Shown here: piece after piece, positions 25,326 through 34,381 of the stretch
Position numbering within the stretch: the stretch's first letter is position 1
How the letters are laid out: each line of letters begins with the position of its first letter
Translations under genes and position numbers: made by a program
Notes under the pieces: model-generated
Told to the model about the DNA's origin: nothing
The model's database searches: none
The model's input: only the letters and a program-made list of their open reading frames with translations
Sequence record: NZ_CP034927.1
Reading direction: 5' to 3' (one strand)
From: a plasmid
DNA length: 50,949 nt

Positions 25326-25557
25326 CCAACATAGGAGCATCAACGCGCTCGCCGAGACGGTGATCGGGCTGTTCAAAACGGAGGTCATCCGCCGCCGTGG
25401 CCCGTGGCGGAGCCTTGAAGCCGTCGAATACGCCACCCTCGAGTGGGTGGCCTGGTTCAACAACCACCGCCTCCCCGAGCCGATCGGGAACATCCCTCCC
25501 GCCGAGGCCGAGGCGCGCTACTATGCCGCGGGCAAGGCACCAGCTTTGGCCGCGTGA
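25320..25557 (+). pseudogene. 3' fragment of an IS3-family OrfB (integrase core C-terminus)
   Basis: AETVIGLFKTEVIRRRGPWRSLEAVEYATLEWVAWFNNHRL is the typical end of the IS3 family. Confidence 0.6.
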
Positions 25558-25675
25558 CCCAACCACAACAGCCTCCGCCGAACCCGGGGCGGTTCAGTTC
25601 ATTACAGGCTGCGTGTGTGGTCGGTGGAGCGCCTTGGAACCTGAAGGACGATGGCAAGATCCCGAAAGGATCAAC

Positions 25676-26728
25676 ATGATCGATGATACATCGAAACTAC
25701 TTGGCAAGCGCGAGACCGTCCCTGGGAGCGGTGTTCAGGGCCATCGAAAGGCCCTCGAAGCCAGCGCCTGGCTTGCTGCCGTGGTCGAAAATTCGGACGA
25801 CGCCATCATCAGCAAAACGCTCGACGGTATCATCACGACATGGAATCGCGGCGCGGAGCGCTTGTTCGGCTACACCTCCCATGAAACCATTGGCCAGCCC
25901 ATCAGGATGATCATCCCCGATGACCGGCTTTTCGAGGAGGATGAGATCCTTCGCCGACTGCGCAACGGTGAGCGCGTCGATCATTTCGAGACGGTGCGCC
26001 TTCGAAAGAATGGCGAGTTGGTCGAGATCTCCGTCACCATTTCCCCTGTGAGAGCCGAAGACGGATCGATTCTTGGTGCCTCGAAGATCGCCCGCGACAT
26101 CACCGACCAGAAGCGCGCTTCGGCACAGCAGGCCCTCCTCTTGCGGGAAATGCATCACCGCATCAAGAATCTCTTCACCCTGACCGCCGGACTCGTCACG
26201 CTCAGCGCCAAAGCTTCCGCAGAAAGTGCAGTGTTCGTAGCCGATTTCCGGTCCCGACTCCAGGCACTGGCGCGGGCACATGCATTGACCATGCCCGATG
26301 ACAACGCTGCGAACACCGAGCCTGCCACGACTTTCGTCGAACTGCTCCAAGCAATCCTTGCCCCTCACGTTGCGGACGACAGGCCGCGCATTGCCATCAG
26401 GGGATGCGATGCGCCGCTTGTTGGAAAGGCGTTGACCTCGATCGCCTTGCTACTGCACGAGCTGGCCACCAATGCCGCGAAATACGGCGCGCTGTCCGGT
26501 TCCGGCGGCCGGTTGTCGATCGATCTGAGCGTCGAGAATGGAACCTTGCGCATGATCTGGCAGGAGTCGAACGCCCCGCATTCTTCTCCGGAGACGCGGC
26601 GTGAAGGCTTCGGTACCACCCTGGAACAAGCCGCTGTAAGCGGCGTTCAAGGCAGCCTTCATCGAGATTGGAAGGCTGACGGCGTCTCGATCACACTGGA
26701 GGTCGCGCTGCGATCGCTTGTAGGATGA
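25676..26728 (+). CDS. PAS-domain sensor histidine kinase, HWE/HisKA_2 type
   Basis: The PAS region has ITTWNRGAERLFGYTSHETIGQPIRMIIP. The HisKA_2 H-box is REMHHRIKNLFT. The HATPase region is LHELATNAAKYGAL. Confidence 0.75.
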   Translation: MIDDTSKLLGKRETVPGSGVQGHRKALEASAWLAAVVENSDDAIISKTLDGIITTWNRGAERLFGYTSHETIGQPIRMIIPDDRLFEEDEILRRLRNGERVDHFETVRLRKNGELVEISVTISPVRAEDGSILGASKIARDITDQKRASAQQALLLREMHHRIKNLFTLTAGLVTLSAKASAESAVFVADFRSRLQALARAHALTMPDDNAANTEPATTFVELLQAILAPHVADDRPRIAIRGCDAPLVGKALTSIALLLHELATNAAKYGALSGSGGRLSIDLSVENGTLRMIWQESNAPHSSPETRREGFGTTLEQAAVSGVQGSLHRDWKADGVSITLEVALRSLVG

Positions 26729-26967
26729 TCACGCGAAGCCGGGCCTGAAACCTGCTTCGCGGCTTTGCGGATCTACGCTGTGACCAAATCTGGGCCAGTG
26801 CCGTCTGTTCCGAAATGGAAATCTTGTTGTGACGGAAAGAGCTGACTGCTGCGCTTTCTCCCACGGACTGCCCGCCTTGGCGAACCGTCCGGGGCTTGTC
26901 AGTGGCCTGACAGGCAATGCATTCCGGAGGTGCCGATCATGGCGCCGGACCACGATCCGGCTTAGGC

Positions 26968-27981
26968 ATGGTGACCGGGAAGGATAGAAGTTCGATGAAG
27001 GCTTCGTGGAAGGCTGTGCTCGGCCTGGCGGCGGTCGTCGCCGTCATGGCCGGTGGCTACGTCGCCTGGAGGCTCCACGGCCGCGAACCTGCCCTGCCCG
27101 CCTACATTGCCTCCACCAATGGCCGCATCGAGGCGGAGCAGTTCGACATCGCCAGCAAGCTCGCCGGCCGCGTGGTGGAGGTGACGGTCGAGGAAGGGCA
27201 GATGATGGCGCGCGGCGCGGTGATCGCACGATTGGACGACTCCACTTTGCAGGCTCAGCTCCGCGCCGCCGAGGCGCAGGTCGCCGAGGCGCAGCAGGCC
27301 ATCGCCACGGCCGAGGCGGAGCAGGCGAGGGCCGCCAGCAGCCGCCGGCTCGCGCAGACCGAACTCACCCGCACCCAGGAACTCGCCCGGGGCGGCTATG
27401 CACCGACCGAGCAACTCGACCAGCGCCGCTCCACGCTGCAGGTCGCCGAGGCGACGGTCACCGCCGCCGCGGCGGGCAGGCGCCGGGCCGATGCCACCCT
27501 CGCCGCCGCCCAGGCCAACGCCGCCCAGGTCCGCACCCTGCTGGATGACACCGTGCTGACCGCGCCGCGCGCCGGCCGGGTCCTCTATCGCCTCCTCCGC
27601 AGCGGAGAGGTCGTGGCGGCCGGGGGGCGTGTCGCGACCCTGATCGACCCGAGCGACGTCTCCATGATCGTCTTCCTTCCTGCCGAGCAGGCTGGGCGCC
27701 TGGCCTATGGGGCGGAGGCCAGGCTCGTCCTCGACCCGGTGCCGCAATACGTCCTGCCCGCGATCGTCAGCTTCGTGGCCCCCGAGGCGCAGTTCACGCC
27801 GCGCCAGGTCGAGACGGCGCAGGAACGAGGGAACCTCATGTTCCGCGTGAAGCTGCGCCTGCCGGCGTCGCTGCTGCAGGCGCATATCGAGCAGGTGAAG
27901 ACCGGCGTGCGCGGCCTGGGCTTCGTCCGGCTCGACACAACGCAACCCTGGCCGGAACGGCTGCAGGTCCGGCTGCCATGA
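26968..27981 (+). CDS. yhiI: HlyD-family periplasmic adaptor (YhiI-like)
   Basis: It has an N-terminal TM anchor, then a coiled-coil rich in AQLRAAEAQVAEAQQAIATAEAEQ, then a beta-barrel domain. It sits upstream of rbbA. The start could be 26995 instead. Confidence 0.75.
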   Translation: MVTGKDRSSMKASWKAVLGLAAVVAVMAGGYVAWRLHGREPALPAYIASTNGRIEAEQFDIASKLAGRVVEVTVEEGQMMARGAVIARLDDSTLQAQLRAAEAQVAEAQQAIATAEAEQARAASSRRLAQTELTRTQELARGGYAPTEQLDQRRSTLQVAEATVTAAAAGRRRADATLAAAQANAAQVRTLLDDTVLTAPRAGRVLYRLLRSGEVVAAGGRVATLIDPSDVSMIVFLPAEQAGRLAYGAEARLVLDPVPQYVLPAIVSFVAPEAQFTPRQVETAQERGNLMFRVKLRLPASLLQAHIEQVKTGVRGLGFVRLDTTQPWPERLQVRLP

Positions 27982-30698
27982 CCGCGGTGCCCGTCGCGTC
28001 ACTTCATGACGTCCGCCACCACTACGGCAGCGTCGCGGCGCTGGATCGGGTGACGCTCGATATCCCCGCCGGGGTCATGGCCGGACTGGTCGGGCCGGAC
28101 GGGGTAGGAAAATCCACCCTGCTGGGCCTGCTCGCCGGCGTGCGGCGGCCGCAGGAGGGGGAGATCGTGGCCCTCGGCGGCGACCTGCGCGACCCGTCGG
28201 TGCTGACCGGGGCGCGGCAGCGGATCGCCTATATGCCCCAGGGACTGGGGCGGAACCTCTACCAGACCCTTTCAGTGGCCGAGAACATCGACTACTTCGC
28301 CCGCCTCTTCGGCCAGGGCGCGCAGGAGCGGCGGCAGCGCATAGCGGGCCTGACCCGCGCCACCGGCCTTTCCCGCTTCCTGGACCGGCCCGCCGGCAAG
28401 CTCTCGGGCGGGATGAAGCAGAAGCTCTCGCTCTGCTGCGCCCTGGTGCGCGACCCCGACCTGCTGATCCTGGACGAGCCGACCACAGGGGTGGACCCGC
28501 TCTCCCGCCGGCAGTTCTGGACGCTGATCGACCGGCTGCGCGAACGCCGCCCGCAGATGAGCGTGCTGGTCGCCACCGCCTACATGGACGAAGCGCAGCG
28601 CTTCGACTGGCTGGCGGCCATGGATGCGGGGAAGGTGATCGCCACCGGCAACCCGGCAGCGATCCTGGAGCGTACCGGTAGCCGGAACCTGGACGAAGCC
28701 TTCATCGCCCTGATGCCCGAGGAGCGGCGGCGTGGCTATCAGCCCGTGGTCATCACGCCGCCACCCCCGCCGCACCCTGGCGAGGCGCCGGTGATCGAGG
28801 CGAAGGGGCTGACCAGGCGGTTCGGTGACTTCGTGGCCGTAGACCATGTGAACCTCAGCGTCCGGCGCGGCGAGATCTTCGGATTCCTAGGTTCCAACGG
28901 CTCGGGCAAGAGCACGACGATGCGCATGCTGACCGGGCTGCTGCCCGCCACCGAGGGCGAGGCGCGCATCCTCGGCCAGCGGCCCGGATCGGGCGGCGAC
29001 GCACGACGGCATGTCGGCTACATGTCCCAGTCCTTCTCCCTCTACGGCGAGCTGACGGTGCGGCAGAACCTCCAGCTGCACGCCGATCTCTTCCACCTGC
29101 CGCGCGACCGTGCCGCCAAGCGGCTGGCCCAGGTGATGCACGACTTCGACCTGGAGGACGTCGCCGATGCGGCGCCGGAATCCCTGCCGCTGGGCGTGCG
29201 GCAGCGGCTTCAGCTCGCGGCCGCGGTGGTGCACGAGCCGGAGCTGTTGATCCTGGACGAGCCGACCTCGGGCGTCGATCCGGTGGCACGCGACCTGTTC
29301 TGGCGCCACCTGCTGCGCCTGTCGCGCGAGCAGGAGGTGACGATCTTTATCTCAACCCATTTCATGAACGAGGCAGAGCGCTGCGATCGCATCTCGCTGC
29401 AACACGCCGGCCGCGTCCTGGCCATGGGTTCGCCGGCGGAACTGGTGGCGCAGCGCCATGCCGCCACGCTGGAGGAGGCCTTCATCGGCTGGCTGGAGGA
29501 AGCCGCCGGACCGGACGAGGCGGGCGGGGATCTGCCGGCCCCCATGCCCGGCGCACAAGGTCGGGCCGCCTGGCTCTTCAACCCCCGCCGCCTGCTGGCC
29601 TGCGCCTGGCGTGAGTCGCTGGAACTGCTGCGTGACCCGATCCGGCTGGCCTTCGCCCTGCTCGGCCCGGTGCTGCTGACGATCGCCTTCGGCTTCGGCA
29701 TCTCCTTCGACGTCGAGAACCTGCCCTATGCCGTGCTGGATGGGGATCGCACACCGGAAAGCCGCAGCCTGCTGGAAAGCTTCGCCGGCTCCCGCTACTT
29801 CTCCGAACAGCCACCCCTGGCGGACGCCGCCGCGGCCGAGGCGCGCCTGCGGGCGGCGGGGATCGCCCTGGCGGTGGAGATACCGCCGGGCTTCGGCCAC
29901 GACCTTCGCCGTGGCGACCGGCCCGAGGTGGCGGTGGCCATCGACGGCGCCATGCCCTTTCGCGCGGAAACGGCGCGCAGCTACGTGCTGGGCCTGGCGC
30001 AGACCTGGCTGCGCGACCAGGAGGCGCTTTCGCCGCTGCCGCGCAGCCCCGATCTGCTGACACTGGAGCCACGCTTCCACTACAACCAGGCCTTTCGCAG
30101 CGCGGTCGCCATCGTGCCGGGCGTGATCATGCTGATGCTGATGCTGGTCCCGGCCATGCTCGCTGCCGTCGGCGTGGTGCGGGAGAAGGAGAGCGGCGCC
30201 ATCGCCAACTTCCGCGCCACACCGGTCACGGCGCCGGAATTCCTGATCGGCAAGCAGATCCCCTACTTCGCCGTCGCCCTGAGCAGCTTCGTCATGCTGC
30301 TGTTCGTCGCCCGCGTGGTCTTCGACGTGCCTGTGCTGGGCTCCGGCCCCGCGCTGGCCATGGGCGCCGCGCTCTATGTGCTGGCCTCCACCGGCTTCGG
30401 GTTGCTGGTGTCCGCCTTCGTCTCCAGCCAGGTGGCGGCAATCTTCGCCGCGGCCATCCTTTCCATCGTACCGGCGGTGAACTTCTCCGGCCTGCTGGTA
30501 CCGGCTGCTTCCCTCACCGGTCCGGCACTCGGCATCGGCCTTGCCTTTCCGGCCAGTTGGTTCCAGCAGATCTCGGTCGGTGCGATGAGCAAGGGGCTGC
30601 ACTTCGCAGAGCTATGGCACAACCACCTGGTGCTGGCGGGTTTCGCGGTGCTGTTCATCGGCGCGGCCACATTGCTGCTCCGCAAGCAGGAGCCCTGA
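27978..30698 (+). CDS. rbbA: RbbA-like fused ABC transporter (two ATPase domains plus ABC-2 permease), 906 aa
   Basis: The Walker A motifs are GPDGVGKST and GSNGSGKST, with two LSGGMKQK-like signatures and a C-terminal 6-TM ABC-2 domain. The size and order match E. coli yhiI-rbbA-yhhJ. Confidence 0.85.
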   Translation: MTAVPVASLHDVRHHYGSVAALDRVTLDIPAGVMAGLVGPDGVGKSTLLGLLAGVRRPQEGEIVALGGDLRDPSVLTGARQRIAYMPQGLGRNLYQTLSVAENIDYFARLFGQGAQERRQRIAGLTRATGLSRFLDRPAGKLSGGMKQKLSLCCALVRDPDLLILDEPTTGVDPLSRRQFWTLIDRLRERRPQMSVLVATAYMDEAQRFDWLAAMDAGKVIATGNPAAILERTGSRNLDEAFIALMPEERRRGYQPVVITPPPPPHPGEAPVIEAKGLTRRFGDFVAVDHVNLSVRRGEIFGFLGSNGSGKSTTMRMLTGLLPATEGEARILGQRPGSGGDARRHVGYMSQSFSLYGELTVRQNLQLHADLFHLPRDRAAKRLAQVMHDFDLEDVADAAPESLPLGVRQRLQLAAAVVHEPELLILDEPTSGVDPVARDLFWRHLLRLSREQEVTIFISTHFMNEAERCDRISLQHAGRVLAMGSPAELVAQRHAATLEEAFIGWLEEAAGPDEAGGDLPAPMPGAQGRAAWLFNPRRLLACAWRESLELLRDPIRLAFALLGPVLLTIAFGFGISFDVENLPYAVLDGDRTPESRSLLESFAGSRYFSEQPPLADAAAAEARLRAAGIALAVEIPPGFGHDLRRGDRPEVAVAIDGAMPFRAETARSYVLGLAQTWLRDQEALSPLPRSPDLLTLEPRFHYNQAFRSAVAIVPGVIMLMLMLVPAMLAAVGVVREKESGAIANFRATPVTAPEFLIGKQIPYFAVALSSFVMLLFVARVVFDVPVLGSGPALAMGAALYVLASTGFGLLVSAFVSSQVAAIFAAAILSIVPAVNFSGLLVPAASLTGPALGIGLAFPASWFQQISVGAMSKGLHFAELWHNHLVLAGFAVLFIGAATLLLRKQEP

Positions 30699-30702
30699 CG
30701 TC

Positions 30703-31809
30703 ATGCGCCATCTGTCCAACATCCTCTGGCTGGGGCTGAAGGAACTGCGGGTGCTGGGTGCCGATCCAGTCCTCCTGGTCTTGCTCGCCTATACCTTCAC
30801 CGTAGCGGTCTATACCGTGGCCACCGGCATGAAGACGGAGGTCCGCAACGCTGCCGTAGCAGTGCTGGACGAGGACCGCTCCGACCTTTCCCGCAGCCTC
30901 GCCGCGGCCCTGCTGCCACCACAGTTCCAGTCGGCGGTCCCGATCATGGCGCCTGAGGTAGGGCCTGGCCTGGATGCGGGCCGCTTCACCTTCATTCTGC
31001 AGGTCCCGCCACGCTTCGAATCGGATCTGCTGTCCGGCCACCCGGTGACGCTCGCCCTGGATGTGGATGCCACGGCGATGTCGCAGGCGGGCAACGGCGC
31101 CAGCTATGTCAGCCAGATCGTGCAGCAGGAGGTGGCGAAGCGACTGGGCAGCGCGGCAGAGCCCCTGGATCTTGTGATCCGCACCCGTTTCAACCCGAAC
31201 AGCCAGCCGGAATGGTTCACCTCCGTCATGCAGGTCGTGAACAGCACGTTGATCCTCTCCATCATCCTGCCCGGCGCAGCCCTGCTGCGCGAGCGCGAGC
31301 ACGGAACCTTGGAGCATCTCCTGGCCATGCCGGTCGGACCGCTGGAGATCCTGCTCGCCAAGATCGGCGCCAATGCATTGGTGATCGTCGGTGCCGCCGT
31401 GCTGTCGCTGCTGCTGGTGGTGCGCGGCCTGTTGGGCGTGCCGGTGGCGGGCTCCATCTTCCTCTTCGTGCTGTGCACCGTCCTGTTCCAGGTCTCGGTC
31501 GCCGCACTGGGCGTGCTGCTGGCGACCGTGACCAGCTCCACCGGACAGTTCGGGCTGTTGGCCCTGCCGGCCATCATCCTGATGATGCTGCTTTCGGGCA
31601 GCATGACGCCGCTGGAAAGCATGCCAGCATGGTTGCAGTCCGTCGTACAGGTACTTCCGACGACGCAGTTCGTTGCGATCGCCCAGGCCATCCTCTTCCG
31701 GGGTGCGGGGCTGGAGGTCGTGGCAGGCCGGATGGCTGCACTGGCTGCCCTGGGGCTGGGCTTCCTGACAGTCACCTACCTGCGGCTGCGCGCCACTCTG
31801 GCGGGGTGA
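30703..31809 (+). CDS. yhhJ: ABC-2 family permease (YhhJ-like)
   Basis: 368 aa. It has an N-terminal TM plus a periplasmic loop, then the ABC-2 TM bundle. It is immediately downstream of rbbA. Confidence 0.8.
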   Translation: MRHLSNILWLGLKELRVLGADPVLLVLLAYTFTVAVYTVATGMKTEVRNAAVAVLDEDRSDLSRSLAAALLPPQFQSAVPIMAPEVGPGLDAGRFTFILQVPPRFESDLLSGHPVTLALDVDATAMSQAGNGASYVSQIVQQEVAKRLGSAAEPLDLVIRTRFNPNSQPEWFTSVMQVVNSTLILSIILPGAALLREREHGTLEHLLAMPVGPLEILLAKIGANALVIVGAAVLSLLLVVRGLLGVPVAGSIFLFVLCTVLFQVSVAALGVLLATVTSSTGQFGLLALPAIILMMLLSGSMTPLESMPAWLQSVVQVLPTTQFVAIAQAILFRGAGLEVVAGRMAALAALGLGFLTVTYLRLRATLAG

Positions 31810-32347
31810 TGCGGGCGGCGTGCCGAGCCGTGTCGCCCAGCAACCGCAGCGCCGCGGCGAGCCTTTCCGCCTCATTCAGTGGATCGGTCCGGAACACCGG
31901 CAGCCGCGTCAACAGGCGGGCCAGGGCGAGCGCCTGCTCCACCGGGTGCTCGGCGGCGACCGCGCCCACCTCGCCACCGTGGCCACCCCAGGTGGCGGGC
32001 ATGGCCCGCTCCAGGCGATGCAGGTCGGAGGCGGCGCTCCAGGAGCCGGTGAGGCCGGCGGCGCGTAAGCCAAGGTCGTGCGGATGGGTGGGCAGGCCGG
32101 CCTGGGTGAGCCAGGCCGCGGCCTCGGCGAGCGCCAGACGGGCGACCAGGCCCTCGCGCACGGCCTCCGAAGCAGCCCCGGCGCGGGCGTCGAGGCGCGA
32201 GACGAGGTCCTCGGCCTGACTCAGCGGCAGCAGCAGCCAGGCGGGATCGGGCGCGGCCGCCGGCGGAGGCTGACCGGACCGGCGCGTGGCCCAGGGCAGC
32301 GTGCTGCCGTCGTCGGGATCACCTTCATCCTCATCCCAGCCTGCCAT
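31772..32347 (-). pseudogene. 5'-half paralog (truncated) of the DUF1612-like gene at 35795..36907
   Basis: MAGWDEDEGDPDDGSTLPWATRRSGQ...LLPLSQAEDLVSRLDARAGAASEAVREGLVARLALAEAAAWLTQAGLPTHPHDLGLRAAGLTGSWSAASDLHRLERAMPATWGG is about 85-90 percent identical to the full copy. The homology ends about 31840 and the ORF runs into the yhhJ 3' end. Confidence 0.5.
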
Positions 32348-32405
32348 GCACCAAACCTCCGCCCGAAGACGTTGAGAGGAGCTTCTGAGTTCCCGGTCTT
32401 CGTAC

Positions 32406-32697
32406 TCAGGATAGGGAAAAAACAGCAGATTGGAAATCGTTCTGAAATTCAAAGACGGGTATCGCTTGTGCTACTCCGCCGCCGGGCAAAACGCCCCCGG
32501 CGACCCCTTCCCGTCCCCGCAAGCAGCGCCCTGCATTCCGTCCGCAAATGGGGATTAGCGGACGGAATGAGGGACGCCGGTTGCGGGGGCATGACGCGGC
32601 CGCCGGGGGCGTTTTGCCCAGCGTCGGAGTAGCACAAGCGATACCCGCTTTTGAATTTCAGTCTGATTTTCAAGCCGCTGTTTTTCTATTATCCTGA
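32406..32697. repeat. about 290-bp degenerate palindrome: 97-bp arms (about 86 percent identical as inverted repeats) around a 98-bp core that contains a perfect 12-bp IR CATTCCGTCCGC-N12-GCGGACGGAATG and an 8-bp IR CCCCGCAA/TTGCGGGG, all sharing one centre (32551/32552)
   Basis: The arms were aligned by hand and are 32406..32502 versus the reverse complement of 32601..32697. Weaker mirror similarity continues outward on both sides. Confidence 0.7.
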
Positions 32698-32890
32698 TCA
32701 CGAAGATCAGGAGCCCCCAAGCCCCTTCAACAGCTCCGGACGGAGGGATTCACAGGACGCTACCGCCGACCAGTGCCGGCACGGGTCGCCACTGTGTTTT
32801 GATGGGATCCGAGGCTGTCCAGGACCCTATGGGAAGCGCATTGGGACCAATCGCCACATTTGACGGCTTTCCCGGGGCAGAGAAGAACGT

Positions 32891-34381
32891 ATGTCGGAAC
32901 CACTGTCGCCGCCGATCCTGCGGACGGGAATCCCCGAATTCGATGTCGTTCTGCGGGGAGGTCTGCCGCGTCACCGCCTGCATCTTCTCGAGGGCGCACC
33001 GGGCTCAGGCAAGACGACGATCGCGCTGCGCTTCCTGCTGGAGGGGATCGCCCATGGCGAACGCGGCCTCTACGTCACCCTCTCGGAAACGGCGGAGGAG
33101 CTGACCGCTTCGGCAGCCTCCCATGGATGGTCGCTCGAGGGCATCGACCTCTTCGAACTCGTTCCGGCTGAGGCGGAACTCGATCGGCAGCAGACGGTCT
33201 TCTACCCGGCGGAAGCCGAGTTCGGCGAGACGATGCGCACCATCACCAGGCGCATCGAAGCGACCAAGCCGGACCGGATCGTCATCGACAGCCTTTCGGA
33301 ACTGCGCCTGCTCGCCCAGGATCCACTGCCCTACCGCCGGCAGCTCCTCGCACTCAAGCGCTTCCTCCAGGGCCGTCAGGCCACGACGTTCGTCCTCGAC
33401 GATCTGACTTCGGGAGGCGACGCGGATCTGCACAGCCTCGTTCATGGCGTCATCTCACTCGAGCAGATCGAGCGGAACTACGGCGCAGCCCGCAGGCGGC
33501 TGCGGGTCGCCAAGATGCGGGGCAGTGACTACCAGAGCGGCTGGCACGACTTCGCCCTCGTCACCGGTGAGGTGCTCGTCTTCCCGAGCCTCATCGCGGA
33601 GGAGCACAGGACACCGGTCGTGGGCGCTCCCCTGCCGAGCGGAGTGGCCAGTCTCGACGAGATGCTGGGCGGCGGCCTCGACCGCGGCACGACGACGATG
33701 CTTGTTGGGCCCTCGGGGGTGGGCAAGTCGTCCATGGCGGTCCGCTATGCCATGGCGGCCGTGGCCGCCGGGGAGCATGCCGCCTATTTCGCCTTTGACG
33801 AGACCCTCCAGACGTTCTCGCACCGGGCGGCCGCTCTCGGCCTTGCCGTCGAGGAAGGGATGGAGACAGGCCACCTGAGCTGGAGCCGGGCCAGCCCGTC
33901 CCGCCTTTCGGCTGGCGAGTTCGTCTGGCGCGTACGGCGGGAGGTCGAGGACAGGCAGGCCCGCGTCGTGGTGATCGACAGCCTCAACTCCTACCTCGGT
34001 ACCATGCCGGAGGAGCGGTCGCTCATGCTCCACATGCACGAGCTCCTGACCTACCTCAACAATCAAGGCGTGGTGACGATCCTCGTCCTGGCCCAGCCCG
34101 GCGTGGTGGGCGATGTGAACAGCCCGGTCGACCTCAGCTTCCTCAGCGACACGGTCGTTCTGCTGCGCTTCTTCGAGGCGAACGGCGAAGTCCGCAAGGC
34201 GGTTTCGGTCGTCAAGAAGCGGAGCGGGGTGCACGAGCTCGCCATCCGGGAGTACAAGCTTTTCCCGCACGGCATGCAGGTCGGCCCGCCGCTGCAAGGC
34301 CTGCAAGGGGTGCTGACCGGTGTCCCGGCCTATACCGGTCCCCTGGGGGGGCTTATCGGCGGGAATGATGCAGCAGGCTGA
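32891..34381 (+). CDS. kaiC: KaiC-family double RecA-like ATPase (circadian clock protein KaiC homolog), 496 aa
   Basis: The two Walker A motifs are GAPGSGKTT and GPSGVGKSS, with the typical KaiC CI/CII duplication and a C-terminal ...DLSFLSDTVVLLRFFEANGEVRKAVSVVKKRSG. Confidence 0.85.
   Translation: MSEPLSPPILRTGIPEFDVVLRGGLPRHRLHLLEGAPGSGKTTIALRFLLEGIAHGERGLYVTLSETAEELTASAASHGWSLEGIDLFELVPAEAELDRQQTVFYPAEAEFGETMRTITRRIEATKPDRIVIDSLSELRLLAQDPLPYRRQLLALKRFLQGRQATTFVLDDLTSGGDADLHSLVHGVISLEQIERNYGAARRRLRVAKMRGSDYQSGWHDFALVTGEVLVFPSLIAEEHRTPVVGAPLPSGVASLDEMLGGGLDRGTTTMLVGPSGVGKSSMAVRYAMAAVAAGEHAAYFAFDETLQTFSHRAAALGLAVEEGMETGHLSWSRASPSRLSAGEFVWRVRREVEDRQARVVVIDSLNSYLGTMPEERSLMLHMHELLTYLNNQGVVTILVLAQPGVVGDVNSPVDLSFLSDTVVLLRFFEANGEVRKAVSVVKKRSGVHELAIREYKLFPHGMQVGPPLQGLQGVLTGVPAYTGPLGGLIGGNDAAG

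Noticed and set aside
25397-26728. 443-aa version of the histidine kinase ORF starting inside the IS3 fragment
   Set aside because: The upstream extension overlaps the IS3 remnant and is Pro/Ser/Arg-rich. The PAS domain begins after the ATG at 25676.
32651-32863. 70-aa ORF MNFSLIFKPLFFYYPDHEDQE and the similar N-terminal extension MNFRTISNLLFFPYPEYEDRE of ORF 31772..32452
   Set aside because: Both are translations of the two arms of the large palindrome. The similarity is a consequence of the inverted repeat, not of a conserved small protein.
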